NCBI GenBank assembly: GCA_002269645.1
Contig: NIVC01000406.1
Location: forward strand, 97,494-161,493
Length of the DNA: 64,000 nucleotides
Origin: Macrostomum lignano
Lineage: Eukaryota
Direction: 5' to 3'
Shown: piece after piece, positions 50,200-61,794 of the stretch
Position numbering within the stretch: position 1 is the stretch's first letter
How the letters are laid out: the number at the start of each line of letters is the position of its first letter
Translations under genes and position numbers: made by a program
Notes under the pieces: model-generated
Seen by the model: only the letters and a program-made list of their open reading frames with translations
What the model was told of the DNA's origin: nothing
Databases searched by the model: none

Positions 50200-52020
50200 G
50201 TGATTTGTCCAGCCAAGCAGGAGCGTCTTGACCATCCCGAGCGTCCAAACAGCCTGGAACTCCTGGCCACCTCCGCGTCAGTCAGCAACTGTCCACACGC
50301 TGACATGTCCGACGCCCTGTCTGCGGCTCTCGATCGTTGCGATCAAGCGGCTGCTCACGGAAATGCCACCGAATTTCCACACGCGGCCAGCGATCCGCGG
50401 GTAACAGACTGGCGACGCAGACTGCAGGCGCCACGCGTTGGCAAGCCGAGCCAGTCTCGCCTCTGGGGCGTCCTGATCAAGCAGGTCTGGAGCGAGTTTG
50501 CCGGCGCCAAGGCCTGCCGACCGAGGCAGCAGCAGCTGGCTTTGGACGCACCGTCGCCTGTGTCGCTGTTCGTGGACTCCGAGTGCGGCTTAGCACTGCT
50601 GCACTCGCCCAGCATGCGTCTGATGGCCACCCACTATCAGTATCTGTTCATAATGCGCTACTTTGAAGATCTGGTTGACTGTTTGACTAAAGTGGACGCC
50701 GACAGGAGCGCCGTGGTTGGAGCGGCTGCCACGATGCCGGATTCCGCTGAGGCGCCTGTGATTCCGCTGAATGTTTGCGCCGTTCTCGATCGGCTCGATT
50801 GCTGTTTGGTGATGCCAGCTTTGGCTGAGACTCCAACTGTTACTGAGGTGGCTGCGGCGGCTGCGGCGGCGGCTGCTGCTGCGGCTGCTGCTGCGTCCAC
50901 AGCGATGCCCGAAGCTGCAACTTCGACAAACGTTAGCAAGACGTCGCAGAATCAGCTAACGGGCGAGCCGAGGACTTTGCGCATCTCGGACTACGTCAGC
51001 TGCGTCCAGATGCAGCCGCCGCCGTCGCCGTTGTTGAAGGTGCAGCATGCGGCCTCGTCGTCATTGACGCCACCTCCGAGGAATGCTGGATCTGCGGGGG
51101 CAACGGCGTCAAGTCCGAGCCGACCTCCGCACCCCAGCATGTCGGCACCGTTCCTCGGGAAGCTGGGCAGCCAGTTTGGTAGTCAGTTAGGTAGCCAATT
51201 GGGCAGTCAATTGGGCAGTCAGGTGCGCGGTTTTGGCGAGAAGGTGGTTCGAGCAGCTGTCGGAGGTCACGGCTCAACAGGAAACTTGTCGGATTCTGAT
51301 ACGGCATCGTCCTACGGCCCCGGCGGCGGCGGCAGCAGCATTGGCGGCGAGGACTGGGACCGCCTGTCAATGTCCAGCGGCATCAGCTCCGAGCTGGAGC
51401 GCAGCGAGCAGATTCGTTTCCTACTGGAAATGACTGACCAGCAGCAGAACCTGCAGCATCAGCAGCAGCAGCTGAGGACAGACTCCAGGGCAGCTTTGAG
51501 CGATCTGATCGGCTCGGACGAGTCTCAAGCTGCTGCCGCTGGCGGCGCCCCGGACAGTCCTGTGAGCGCCAGCAGCTGCTCAAGCCGATGCCGCGACACC
51601 GTCAGCTGCGTCACCTTCAGTCTCTCCTGGCCAGAAATTGTAACCATCTACGACGCCAAAGCCGGCGGAAGTCTCTGCAAGATCAGCTCGCGCGACTTGC
51701 TGATCCACGAGTCCGGCAATGTGAACTACGAAGACCTCCTGACCGCGTCTCCTGCTCAGCTTCCAGGCGGCGATTCGTCCGCTACTACAAACGACACCAT
51801 CAGTGGCGGCTGCGGCAAGCTGCGTGTCCGGTTGTTTCTCGATTCCAGACGGACGGACGAGTTCCTTGGCGACAGCCTCATGCAGCTGCGGCTGCGGGAT
51901 TGCAGCTTCAATTTGGCGATGTCCTCGGCGGCCAACATTGCAGAGTTCATCGAGGACGAGCTGCTGTACGCTGTGGTACCAATTCGCTTAGATCTCGAAC
52001 GGATTACATTGGCACTAAAG
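50200..52020 (+). CDS. UHRF1BP1: UHRF1BP1/BLTP3 exon 10 (largest)
   Basis: 607 codons; HYQYLFIMRY and LDCCLVMP match family HYQYLLLL and AELALLLHP; AAG/gtacgc donor. Confidence 0.93.
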
Positions 52021-52200
52021 GTACGCCATTGATGTTATTTTATACTTTTTGTTAGCGAATGCCACCAGTTACCATTAAATGCAATCAAGCGCCTTCAAAC
52101 GCCTGAAACCAATCGCAACAAAAGGTAGAAAACGTTTCTAAAAGAAGCCAAAAACTACACCAGTAAGTGCAATCAAATAAAACGAATACCCAATTTGCAG

Positions 52201-52312
52201 GAGGACCGACCTTGTAACAATCTGTCCTGCCCTGGAGATCATCCCCCATTGAAGCTCGACCTGCCTCATCTTAGTCTGTACCGCGACTTGAAGGAGATCT
52301 TTCATCTGCTCA
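52201..52312 (+). CDS. UHRF1BP1: UHRF1BP1/BLTP3 exon 11
   Basis: EDRPCNNLSCPGDHPPLKLDLPHLSLYRD; ttgcag/G and A/gtaagt. Confidence 0.85.
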
Positions 52313-52509
52313 GTAAGTTGTTAAGCCTGTGGCTTGCCCAATGCACGCGTTTGAAGGTCATCCCTGCCTACAATTGCATGGCTGCGGGTCCACTGTCGAC
52401 TTGACTTGTGGTAGGGCCCAAAGGCGCCCTGCAGATTTTTTACTAGCTAAACCTAACCTAAACTGGATGCATAACCAAGCATTGCTAATATCCCCTAATG
52501 AATGTGTAG

Positions 52510-52892
52510 GCGAGGTGCCCCCGGCAAGGCCGCCTCAGTACCGCAGTGCTGCATCGGCTGTCGGTCGCATGGGATCTGCGCGCCAGCTGCATCAGCAGCA
52601 GCCTTACCAGCAGCAGCCGCAGCAGCAGCAGCCGCAGCAGCAGCAGCAGCAATGGCGAGCGGTTCAGCAGGAGAACGGTCGATTAAATCAACTATTGGCT
52701 CAGTGCCAGGACGAAATCGACTATTTGAAACGGGAACGCGAGTCACTGTTGAAAGCGTTGAACGCTATGCAAGCTGAGCTGCACAGAGGTCAAGTTGTTC
52801 GACAGCAGAATCAGCATCAGAGTTTGTTTCTGCAGCAGCAGCAGCAACCGCAGCAACAGCAGAATCAACATCGTTATTATCAGGGAAATTAA
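52510..52892 (+). CDS. UHRF1BP1: UHRF1BP1/BLTP3 exon 12 (polyQ and C-terminal coiled coil)
   Basis: Phase-1 acceptor gtag/GC; QENGRLNQLLAQCQDEIDYLKRERESLLKAL heptads; stop TAA. Confidence 0.85.
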
Positions 52893-54649
52893 CGCAATTA
52901 TTTACACCAGAACAGTATACTGTAGCACGCTGTATTACATGGCTTCGGGCTTGTGCATCGGGATTGGCCAGCTATAGGGAGTTATCGTGCGATTCTTGCC
53001 CATAAGGGCCAACCCCAAAGACACAGAGAGTGTACATGCCAGACGGTTAGAAGATCGGGACGTGCTGTACACCTGTGTGAGAGTTGGAATGAATACATAA
53101 CTGGGTGCGTCAGTGGAATAGACATGATACGAGTAGACTGCCGCTTTGTTTTGCAGCCTGCAACTAACTAAGTTAAATGTAACTGAGTCCCCGTAGTTGT
53201 TAACGGTCCTCAGTCTAAACCTTGGAATTGATGCCTTTCTTTGTCTAGTTATCGTTCATTCCAACATATCAGCCTGGCGTACATTAGGGTCATTCAGTAT
53301 TTTTACGAGTAGTATAATGGATATATAGTTGCCTGCAAAGTCGCAAGCAAGTAAGCAAATTTTAGAACAACAAAATATGCGTCTAATATTGGGCATTTGT
53401 TTTGAATTGATTTGACTTGCAATATTTTCTTATTCATCTCATATATTAAGCTTGTATTTTAATCTAAATTAAAATGTTAGCTGTTAAGTGTTAATGATAG
53501 TAAATTATTAAAAGTGTCAACCAATCAACCAATTCAATTATAGCTACCCACACGGACCTGCTAGCACAATTTTTTTTTTTTACATGTAGCTAACACTTTG
53601 AAATCCGTGTCTGCCTGCCTACGTACTTGGCTACCAAAAAACGACTTATAATCGTCATATACGCGTATAGTTGTGCATATTCCAATCGCATTTTATGGCC
53701 AGCCATCACTGTTGTTCCGAAACTATAGCTAAGATTATTACCGCTGGTTTTTAAAGCGCGCCTTTTTGAGAACCTGTCCCAAAATACTGCTTCTCTTTTA
53801 CCTGTTTTTTGCCTTTCATACTTTTTTCTCTCTTCTATATATACGGTTACAATTCTAGTCGTTTTATGCATTCATTAGTATAAAACTATATTATGCTGCT
53901 ATTATTCCTGTCCTGTCTGGTCAAAGTGTTTTAACATTTTTCGCTTTATAATTCAGCATCGATCGATGTATTTTTCGTTGTCCAGCAATTTTGGGTGCCA
54001 CTTTGGGTGTCGGAAACGCGCCTGCACTGTTGTTGTCCAGGATCGAGGCTCACCTGTAGGAATGGCGCTTTTTTTATAACAAACGCTTCCTTGGGGGTAC
54101 ATGTGACAGCAACGTTGCCTCGCATGCCTACAATTTTCGTTCGTTATTATAATAAAACTAAGTGCTTTTCTAGTCTTATATATGCATTTCCTGTTTGAAA
54201 TATTTTGACCTATTTGTTTCAATTGAAGAAGGATTTATTTATCTGTTATATTGGCTATATTGTTATTAGACTAAATGTTTAACTCCGACTATTGTCTGTC
54301 GAAGCCGCCAGCTATATATATATTTGTTTTATCTAATATTCCTCTTGTGTGTGTAACAATGTTTGAAGAAATTAAACTATAATTATTTAATTATATTATT
54401 GTTAATGTTACTAATACATTATAAAATGTTTTGTCCTCCGTCTTAGTTTTTTTTGTTTATTTCCATTAAATTTGAGCCTAATGAGGATCGCAGTGTACAT
54501 TTTTAATTCATTAAAGATTATATCTCGATACACAAGAAAAATTCAATCTATATGCATGTACGTTTAGTAGACACCTGGACAATCATAAACTGCTGGGCGT
54601 CCTCAATTTGTCTCTGAAGCAGTCAGTCATCATCTTGAAAGTTGAAATA

Positions 54650-54890
54650 AATAATAGCTATATACACCTGCCCCTAATGGCCAGATGTGCAACCGACAGC
54701 TCAGCCGCAGCTATTGCGGAGCGCATCTGAAGGCTGCGTACGGCTGTTCAGTCCAAGGACTGGAGGGTCGCACACCCTCAACTACCCCAGCTAATGCTGG
54801 CACCCATTTTAGCTCGTACATCTTAGGTGAACTTAAGCAATGCAGAGTTTAATTGTCTTGCTCGAGGAGTCAAGGACACAAATTGTTCCA
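54650..54890 (-). mobile_element. CORE-like SINE, 5'-truncated copy (no tRNA head)
   Basis: Tail nearly identical to the 27130-27432 copy; similarity ends just upstream of the CORE-like block. Confidence 0.85.
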
Positions 54891-55414
54891 GTACAAGGGA
54901 TTATTAGGAATCTTGACTTACATGTAAGACAACTAAAATAATAAAATATGGAATCTACGCTCGTACATCAATTCCTAATATGATTTCCTATTAAAGCTGG
55001 CATACAAACTTCGAAAGTGGATTATGCAAGAGTAAGCGTATACTTAACGCGTGTCGCATCTGTTTGTTGTGAGCTGTATAAGTACGAGTTGTTAAAATCC
55101 AAAAACGTTATCACAACGCTTTATCGCATAACACGCTCTGCTAGTAAAACCTCTCTATACCCTTCTGGCAGCTAGCAGTTCTACATGTACACCAAGAAAA
55201 AATTGTCCAATGCATTTATGTACGTTTGCATTCTTTTAATATCAGCCTAGCTAAACCGCAGGAGCCTTGCTAACTCTCAGCATAATTCAAGTGTTTCCTA
55301 GAAATTGCGCAGTTATTTTTGTACCTGACGCGCTCCTTTACCCTTTATGGTTGGGGCTCAGATTGTATAGTATATAAAGACTTGGCGCTTTAAACTAAAA
55401 ATATAGAAAAATAG

Positions 55415-55760
55415 AGTTCTCAGAGAGTTCTTTGATAGTTCTCAGAGAATTCTTTGAGAGCGCTCAGAGATTTTCTTTGAGGAGCTCTCCTCGGAGTTTC
55501 TTTTGAGAGTTCTCAGAGAGTTTGAGTTTCTTTAATTGAGAGTTCTCAGAGAGTTTGGGTTTCTTTAATTGAGAGTTCTCAGAGAGTTTGAGTTTCCTTA
55601 ATTGAGAGTTCTCAGAGAGTTTGGGTTTCTTTAATTGAGAGTTCTCAGAGAGTTTGAGTTTCTTTAATTGAGAGTTCTCAGAGAGTTTGAGTTTCTTTAA
55701 TTGAGAGTTCTCAGAGAGTTTGAGTTTCCTTAATTGAGAGTTCTCAGAGAGTTTCTTGAG
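55415..55760. repeat. 33-bp minisatellite (GAGAGTTCTCAGAGAGTTTGAGTTTCTTTAATT)n
   Basis: About 8 good copies plus degenerate edges. Confidence 0.94.
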
Positions 55761-55887
55761 AGATTCTACGAGTGTTCTTTGGGGGGTTTCTCTGTGAATT
55801 TGCTCGGTGAACAAGTTCTCAGCTAGTTTGTTTGAGAATTTCTTTTACTCCGATTAATTTCTTGTTCATCCTCAAATCATTGCAAAG

Positions 55888-56076
55888 GAAGTGTGGCGTA
55901 GTATGATCCCACAGAAGCGGATCAGTCTTGGGCCCTTGCCCACCTGCATGCGACGCCCCCGCATGTCTGAGCCCCAGCGAAAATTTTGGGAAGACGAAAT
56001 TTGTATCCCCAAAAGTCCCCCCCACCCATTTTGCCCTTGGCAAATTAAAGAAATGCGCTATATCAATGCCATGTAA
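55888..56076 (+). CDS. Putative terminal coding exon of a small unidentified gene
   Basis: aag/GAA acceptor, 62 open codons, TAA followed within 10 nt by AATAAA; phase-compatible upstream exon candidate 54997-55031. No family recognised. Confidence 0.35.
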   Translation, partial: EVWRSMIPQKRISLGPLPTCMRRPRMSEPQRKFWEDEICIPKSPPHPFCPWQIKEMRYINAM

Positions 56077-57270
56077 CTAATGAATAAAAATACACGTATA
56101 CCTAGACTTCAACAGCACTTGTACCCTAGAAGTTGTTTAAGTAGTTGCTATACCTTAGAAGCTTTAATTTAAGGTCGAATGACGTCGAAAATGTCATCGT
56201 TGATGTATACAACACATGTTTTAAGAGTAAAGTCATTAGAAGCAACATTAATTTTTTAATCATTCACAGTAGGGAGCTGCAGCTGCGCCTCTTGGATAGT
56301 TTAGCAACCAGTTGAAGACAATTATACTCTGTATTCGTATTTGATTAACGTTAACATTAATAACTTGTTTAACATGTTTTGGTAATTACACATTACACAA
56401 AAAGGCTGACATTTACATGTAGCAGTTAAGTCAATTGTTTACAAATTAAGTTATTAACAAAACAAACAATTCAAATATGCAAATACCAGAATCAGATCAC
56501 TAGAGCAGATTTCCATGCAATCCGCTGTTACATTGTGTACAGACACATTAATAACAACACTTGAATGTACAGCGGAGAGCAGAAAACAGTCTCAATGAAC
56601 CAAGCTTGAACAAAATTATTGATATAAATTTATAATTCTCACATCAGTCATAATAATTATATAAAAATGCGACAAACTGCATCAGACTGACTCTTGGTGT
56701 ACTCTGGAGTTACTGTTCCATAACGCGTGTCATAACATCAACTTAATTTTGGTCACAGATTTTTTCCTAGCTGGATATGTCCTTCTGGGTATCAATAATT
56801 CTATTATTATAATAAATACTCTAGGAATTTTAAGACTTCTATTTAAGTTATCTGGATACATGGAATCTGCAGACTTCTGCAACTTCTGTGGGTCAGAGGC
56901 TCAGCAGAGTAAAGGTAGGGTAGAGGTGTTATGTTGATATTTTACTTGATTTTGAACCTCAAACTTCAAAATTTATCAAGTTAAATCCAAATTTAAACGC
57001 AGGATGCCAAATGATGCTGCAATCCTGACGCTTAAAAAAGCCAGGGTAGTACTTTATTTTAAACTTGCTTACAATATAGAAGATTCAAAAGATCAAATAA
57101 ACTGCACTTGAAGTAGGAATTTTCTTTAAAAATCGGAAGTATTACTAATCATTTTAAATTCTTTCCTGATAAAAATCCTCGTTAACACACTCGTACTGGA
57201 CTCAACTTCTGATCTACTACGATCTATATCAGGGATGTTTCGCACTGACCACTTGGTATTGTTAATCAAT

Positions 57271-58382
57271 TCAATTCTGTCTCAATTCATCCAATACGCG
57301 CGAGATATCGCCATTGGCAGCCAATAACAGTTCGGTTAGTCTACCGTCTTCATCTGTGAATCCCATTGCTTGCATCTGGCACAAAGACTTGGCCACAGTG
57401 TCAGACAGAGGTCGTCGCTGCAATGGAGGCAGAGGCGGCGTTGGTGGTTGCGGTTGCGCCTGTGGTGGAGTTTCATCCGTCATCATTGCGGCGGACGATT
57501 CTGGCCGTTGCAACGGACAATCCGAAGGAGTAGCAACGGCCCCAGGAGAGCTCGGTGAGTGATGATGATAAGACACTTCAATGCCTAACGGTTGCAGCAG
57601 GGCATTCAACGAGTTGCTCATATTATGCACAAAGTTCAAGATGGACTCTTGATTAGCCTTGGACTCCTGCTGCTGCTGCTGCAACATACCGGAGCAGTCT
57701 ACAAAACTGTCGGGCCCACCGCCAGCCAGGCTGGAGGCTATGGAGTCGCGCCGAGGCATCGAGCATCGGTTCTCCTCCATCATAGCCGCATCAGAGAATG
57801 GACAAGGAGTCTGCGACTGCGACATATTGCTATGATGTTGACGATGCAGCACTTTCATAGCGGCCGCTTCTAGTTGCTTCAATACGCGCAAGCAATCGTT
57901 TGTGGGCAGACTGGAACAGTCGCCTAATCCAACTGCTGCTGCGCCGGAAGTTCCAACTCCGGCGACACTACCGGTGCCGCTTCCGCTTCCGTCTGCGGCT
58001 TGACTAACGCCCTGCCTACACCGTCTAGCGTACTGGCTTCGATTCCATTTGCTCAGCTTGCAGATGAATGGATCCTTGGGCCGGCGTAGCATGATCATGG
58101 GGTGCTCGCAGTGTCTATTAATTACTACGCAGTGACAGCACAGATCGAAGTCTTGGCAGATGACACATTTAAATCGATAGCCGCGAACCGGCTGATTACA
58201 GCCATCACACAGGATGTCCGGGTGGATCACACTGTTTTTAGATGCAGGAATCAACGGAGATGGGCAGCTGATGTACACTCGAAGCGTGCCATCATCGTCG
58301 CTGCCATCAATGGTTGCTGATGATGACAGGGCATCCGCTAGTTCTTCGCTAGTTGAAAATGTGACTCGTTCGTTTTCGGAGT
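57271..58382 (-). CDS. SQSTM1: Sequestosome-1/p62, coding exon 2 (PB1 end, ZZ finger, UBA)
   Basis: DSENERVTFSTSEEL (OPCA-like), CDGC..CVICQDFDLC.C..H..H ZZ finger, QMQAMGFTDEDGRLTELL UBA; acceptor ctcag/AC. Confidence 0.93.
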
Positions 58383-58470
58383 CTGAGACGATCAAGCAAG
58401 TGTTAATTAGGATTAGGATTGTACAATAGAAAGCGTTAGTTTGATTAAAATTTAAAATAACCGCACTTAC

Positions 58471-58660
58471 CTAGCCACTGCATTCGGACATTTTGCGAAG
58501 AGTCGATATCGAATAGTGCGCGAACTTTTTCAACCAGACATGCAATGTCGGGCGGATTCAATACAGAAAATCGGCGTATTTCTGTAATCCTGTCCTCTTT
58601 GTCGATAAAGTAGGCCTTAATAGAGGCCTTCGACATAGCTTGGCTTTGAAATTCAACCAT
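58471..58660 (-). CDS. SQSTM1: Sequestosome-1/p62, coding exon 1 (PB1 N-half)
   Basis: SIKAYF (conserved PB1 Lys), EIRRFS; G/gtaagt donor, 88-bp phase-1 intron. Start Met at 58660 or 58636. Confidence 0.9.
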
Positions 58661-58749
58661 TGCCTGATGATGTTGGCGATGGTTGTGTTGAAATAACTAG
58701 CTTTTACCTCGGATCAGCAGAACTCTGGGCTAGTTTGGTCTGATGACGC

Positions 58750-59300
58750 AAATCTGTACACGTGCACAAGGTCCCTGGGTGGGCAGACCTTTCTCTTTAA
58801 TGGAACACTTCCGTTGAGCAGAGCAGTTACAATTCTAATCTTAATTTATACGAAGGAAAAGCCTTGGACAAGCGAAGGAGCCACAGTGCAATAGATAAAA
58901 CCAGTTTAATGCAATACGTTGGACTGACGTCGGCTTGCATAGTAAAAGGGTTGGCGGACGGAGGGGTAAGAAAAAGGTTTTGGGGGAGTGAGCGCCACAT
59001 TCTAAATATAGGATAGGATCCAATGTACAGAGTGAAAGGACGCGGGTTGTTTGGATGGGGGGTTGGTCTGGAGACGGAAAACGTTGAGCTGAGGGATAAG
59101 AAAACTATTTGGCCTTGAAGGGGGGGCGGGCGGGGTGAATCAAAGAGTTGTACATTTAGATTTTCTAACCCCCCTTCCACTGAACTGAATTTATCACTTG
59201 AGAGCGCTCTTCCTTCTCCACTGTAAACCCCCTTCCTGCCCCCAATGCTAGCACAACGCACTAACGTTAAGCTTCTCGGCCTTCTTGTCCCTCTTCTAAC
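58750..59300. promoter_or_regulatory. Probable bidirectional promoter between SQSTM1 and the PPase gene
   Basis: Head-to-head starts under 800 bp apart; GC-box-like GGGGGGCGGGCGGGG near 59120. Transcription starts not determined. Confidence 0.5.
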
Positions 59301-59615
59301 CATAAAGGCCTGCAACTTAACGTTAGCCACCTATTTGCTCTCGCTTGCCTGCTGTAGTAGGTTTTATATCGCCTCGTCTTACTGCCCGAATTCATTCTAT
59401 TATAATAGTGCCTCGGCATTTCTAAAGTAAGTAGTTTTTTATTCTATTAATAATAGAAACAGAGTAATAGAAATGGTATTATCATTATTTAATTACTATT
59501 GACAAACCTTAATTTGTTAGTGCCTCAATAAATCAAAATCTAAATCAATCTCGTGTTGGAGTTTGATCATTGCGTTTTTTGAGAAAAAAAATATGCACAC
59601 TCCCTAACACTGCAG

Positions 59616-60115
59616 TGATCAGTGCCCTCGCCTTGCTGTCAGGAAGAGTCCACCTACGTTGTTGCCTTCGCAGCTTTCAGAGTACGCCAAATTTAGCATC
59701 GTCTATCATTTCTGGAGCCAAAGCCATGTCCGGTCGCTACGGTATTATTGAACGCGGATCCGTGTACACGTCAGACTACAAGTTGTACATCACCGGTCCT
59801 AACGGTCCTTTATCGGCATTCCACGACATTCCTCTGCATGCCGACAGCTCAAGTAAAGAGTTCAACATGATCGTTGAAATTCCTCGTTGGACCAACGCCA
59901 AAATGGAGATTAGCAAGGAGCAGCGCCTGAACCCGATTGTGCAAGACGTCAAGAAGGGCGCTCTGCGATTCGTTGATAACGTATTTCCATTCCACGGCTA
60001 CATCTGGAACTATGGCGCCCTGCCGCAGACCTGGGAGGATCCCGGACACATGGACGAGCGCACCGGCGCCAGGGGTGACAACGATCCGCTGGACGTCTGC
60101 GAGATTGGGTCCAAG
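59616..60115 (+). CDS. PPA1: Family I soluble inorganic pyrophosphatase, main 5' coding exon (cytosolic Met at 59726; upstream presequence-like extension)
   Basis: [66 protein letters not shown]; donor AAG/gtcagc. Confidence 0.95.
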
Positions 60116-60239
60116 GTCAGCTGTGTGGTCTGGGGAGCTGGAATGTCTGAATTATGCGTCCCAGATCCCAGATTGTACACTTCCCAGATCCTGAATCTGT
60201 GATTGCATGTGTTAATTAAATCCCTGTTTCCAGTCAAAA

Positions 60240-61222
60240 TCCCCTCTTCATAATTACATTTTGAATCCCCGCTTCAGAATTCCAGTTATTAAAATCCCCT
60301 CTTCGTAATTCCAATCAAAAAATCCCTCATCAGTATCCCAATAAAATACCCGCTTCATAAACCCAATCAAAAATCCCCTCCTCAGAAACCCAATAAAATT
60401 TCCTCCTCAGAAACCCAATAAAAAATCCCCTCTAGAGAATCCCAATAAAAAATCTCCTCTTCAGAACGCCAATCTAAAATCCCCACTTCAGAATCCCAAT
60501 TATTAAAATTCCCGCTTCAGAATCCCAGTTACTAAAATCCCATTTCAAAATCCTAAAAAGAATCCACTTTAAAATCCCAATCAAGAATCCCCTCTTCAGA
60601 ATCTCAATAAAAAATACCCGCTTCAGAATCCCAAAAAAAATCCTCGCTTCAGAATCCCAATCCAGAATCCCCTCTTCAGAATCCCAATCAAAAATACTCG
60701 CTTCAGAATCTCAATTACTAAAATCCTCACTTCAGAGTCCCAGTTAATAAAATCCCATTTCAAAATCCCAATCAAAAATCCCCACTTCAGAGTTCCAGTT
60801 AATAAAATCCCATTTCAAAATCCCAATCAAAAATCCCCACTTCAGAGTCCCAGTTAATAAAATCCCATTTCAAAATCCCAATCAAAAATCCCCACTTCAG
60901 AGTTCCAGTTAATGAAATCCCATTTCAAAATCCCAATCAAAAATCCCCACTTCAGAGTTCCAGTTAATAAAATCCCATTTCAAAATCCCAATCAAAAATC
61001 CCCACTTCAGAGTTCCAGTTAATAAAATCCCATTTCAAAATCCCAATCAAAAATCCCCACTTCAGAGTCCCAGATAATAAAATCCCATTTCAAAATCCCA
61101 ATCAAAAATCCCCACTTCAGAGTCCCAGTTAATAAAATCCCATTTCAAAGTCCCAATAAAAAATCCCCACTTCAGAGTACAGTTAATAAAATCCCATTTC
61201 AAAATCCCAATCAAAAATCCCC
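60240..61222. repeat. 55-bp minisatellite built from AAAATCCC subunits, fills the PPase intron
   Basis: TTCAG recurs at 60786, 60841 and 60896; degenerate 5' half, homogeneous 3' half. Confidence 0.93.
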
Positions 61223-61232
61223 TCTCCCGCAG

Positions 61233-61724
61233 GTGCACCCCCGCGGTTCGGTCATCCGCGTCAAGCCGCTCGGCCTGCTGGGCCTGATCGATGAAGGCGA
61301 GACCGACTGGAAGATTCTCGTAATCGACGCCGAGGACCCGCTGGCCAGTCAGCTGAACGGCCTGGCGGATATCGAGGCCGCCATGCCGGGATTCCTGGAC
61401 GCCACGCGGCGCTGGTTCCGCGTCTACAAAATGCCGCAGGGCAAGCCGGCGAACGAATTCGCTTTTAATGGAGAATTTCGGGACAGGGACTTTGCGCTGG
61501 GCGTGATTCAGGAGACGCACAAGCAGTGGCAGGCTATGATGCAGGGCGCCAGCGGAGATGCTCACGGCATCGCCCGCGACAATGTGTCGGTTGTTGGCAG
61601 CTCCAGCGGCATCGACCAGCCGGCCGCCGATGCCGCCGTGTCCGCTGCTCCGGCTGCTGCACCGGCTAATGACAAGCCGGAAAGTCGAGTGCCAGACAGT
61701 GTTGGCAAATGGCACTTTGTTTGA
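61233..61724 (+). CDS. PPA1: Inorganic pyrophosphatase, last exon
   Basis: VKPLGLLGLIDEGETDWKILVID, WFRVYKMPQGKPANEFAF, ends VGKWHFV-stop. Confidence 0.96.
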   Translation: MHPRGSVIRVKPLGLLGLIDEGETDWKILVIDAEDPLASQLNGLADIEAAMPGFLDATRRWFRVYKMPQGKPANEFAFNGEFRDRDFALGVIQETHKQWQAMMQGASGDAHGIARDNVSVVGSSSGIDQPAADAAVSAAPAAAPANDKPESRVPDSVGKWHFV

Positions 61725-61794
61725 ATGCAATTTGAAACTTTAGGTTATTTTTAACAGCTACAGGACACTGACAGCCATTTGATTGCGGAGAATT

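Noticed and set aside
59245-59430. 61-aa ORF upstream of the PPase as its signal or first coding exon
   Set aside because: Out of frame with the 59616 acceptor; the split-ATG model gives a better presequence. It could be in frame only through a weaker downstream acceptor.
61062-61730. Antisense ORFs over the PPase, GPCR, ENaC, BLTP3 and SQSTM1 exons
   Set aside because: Shadow ORFs expected from GC-rich codon usage; no independent homology recognised.
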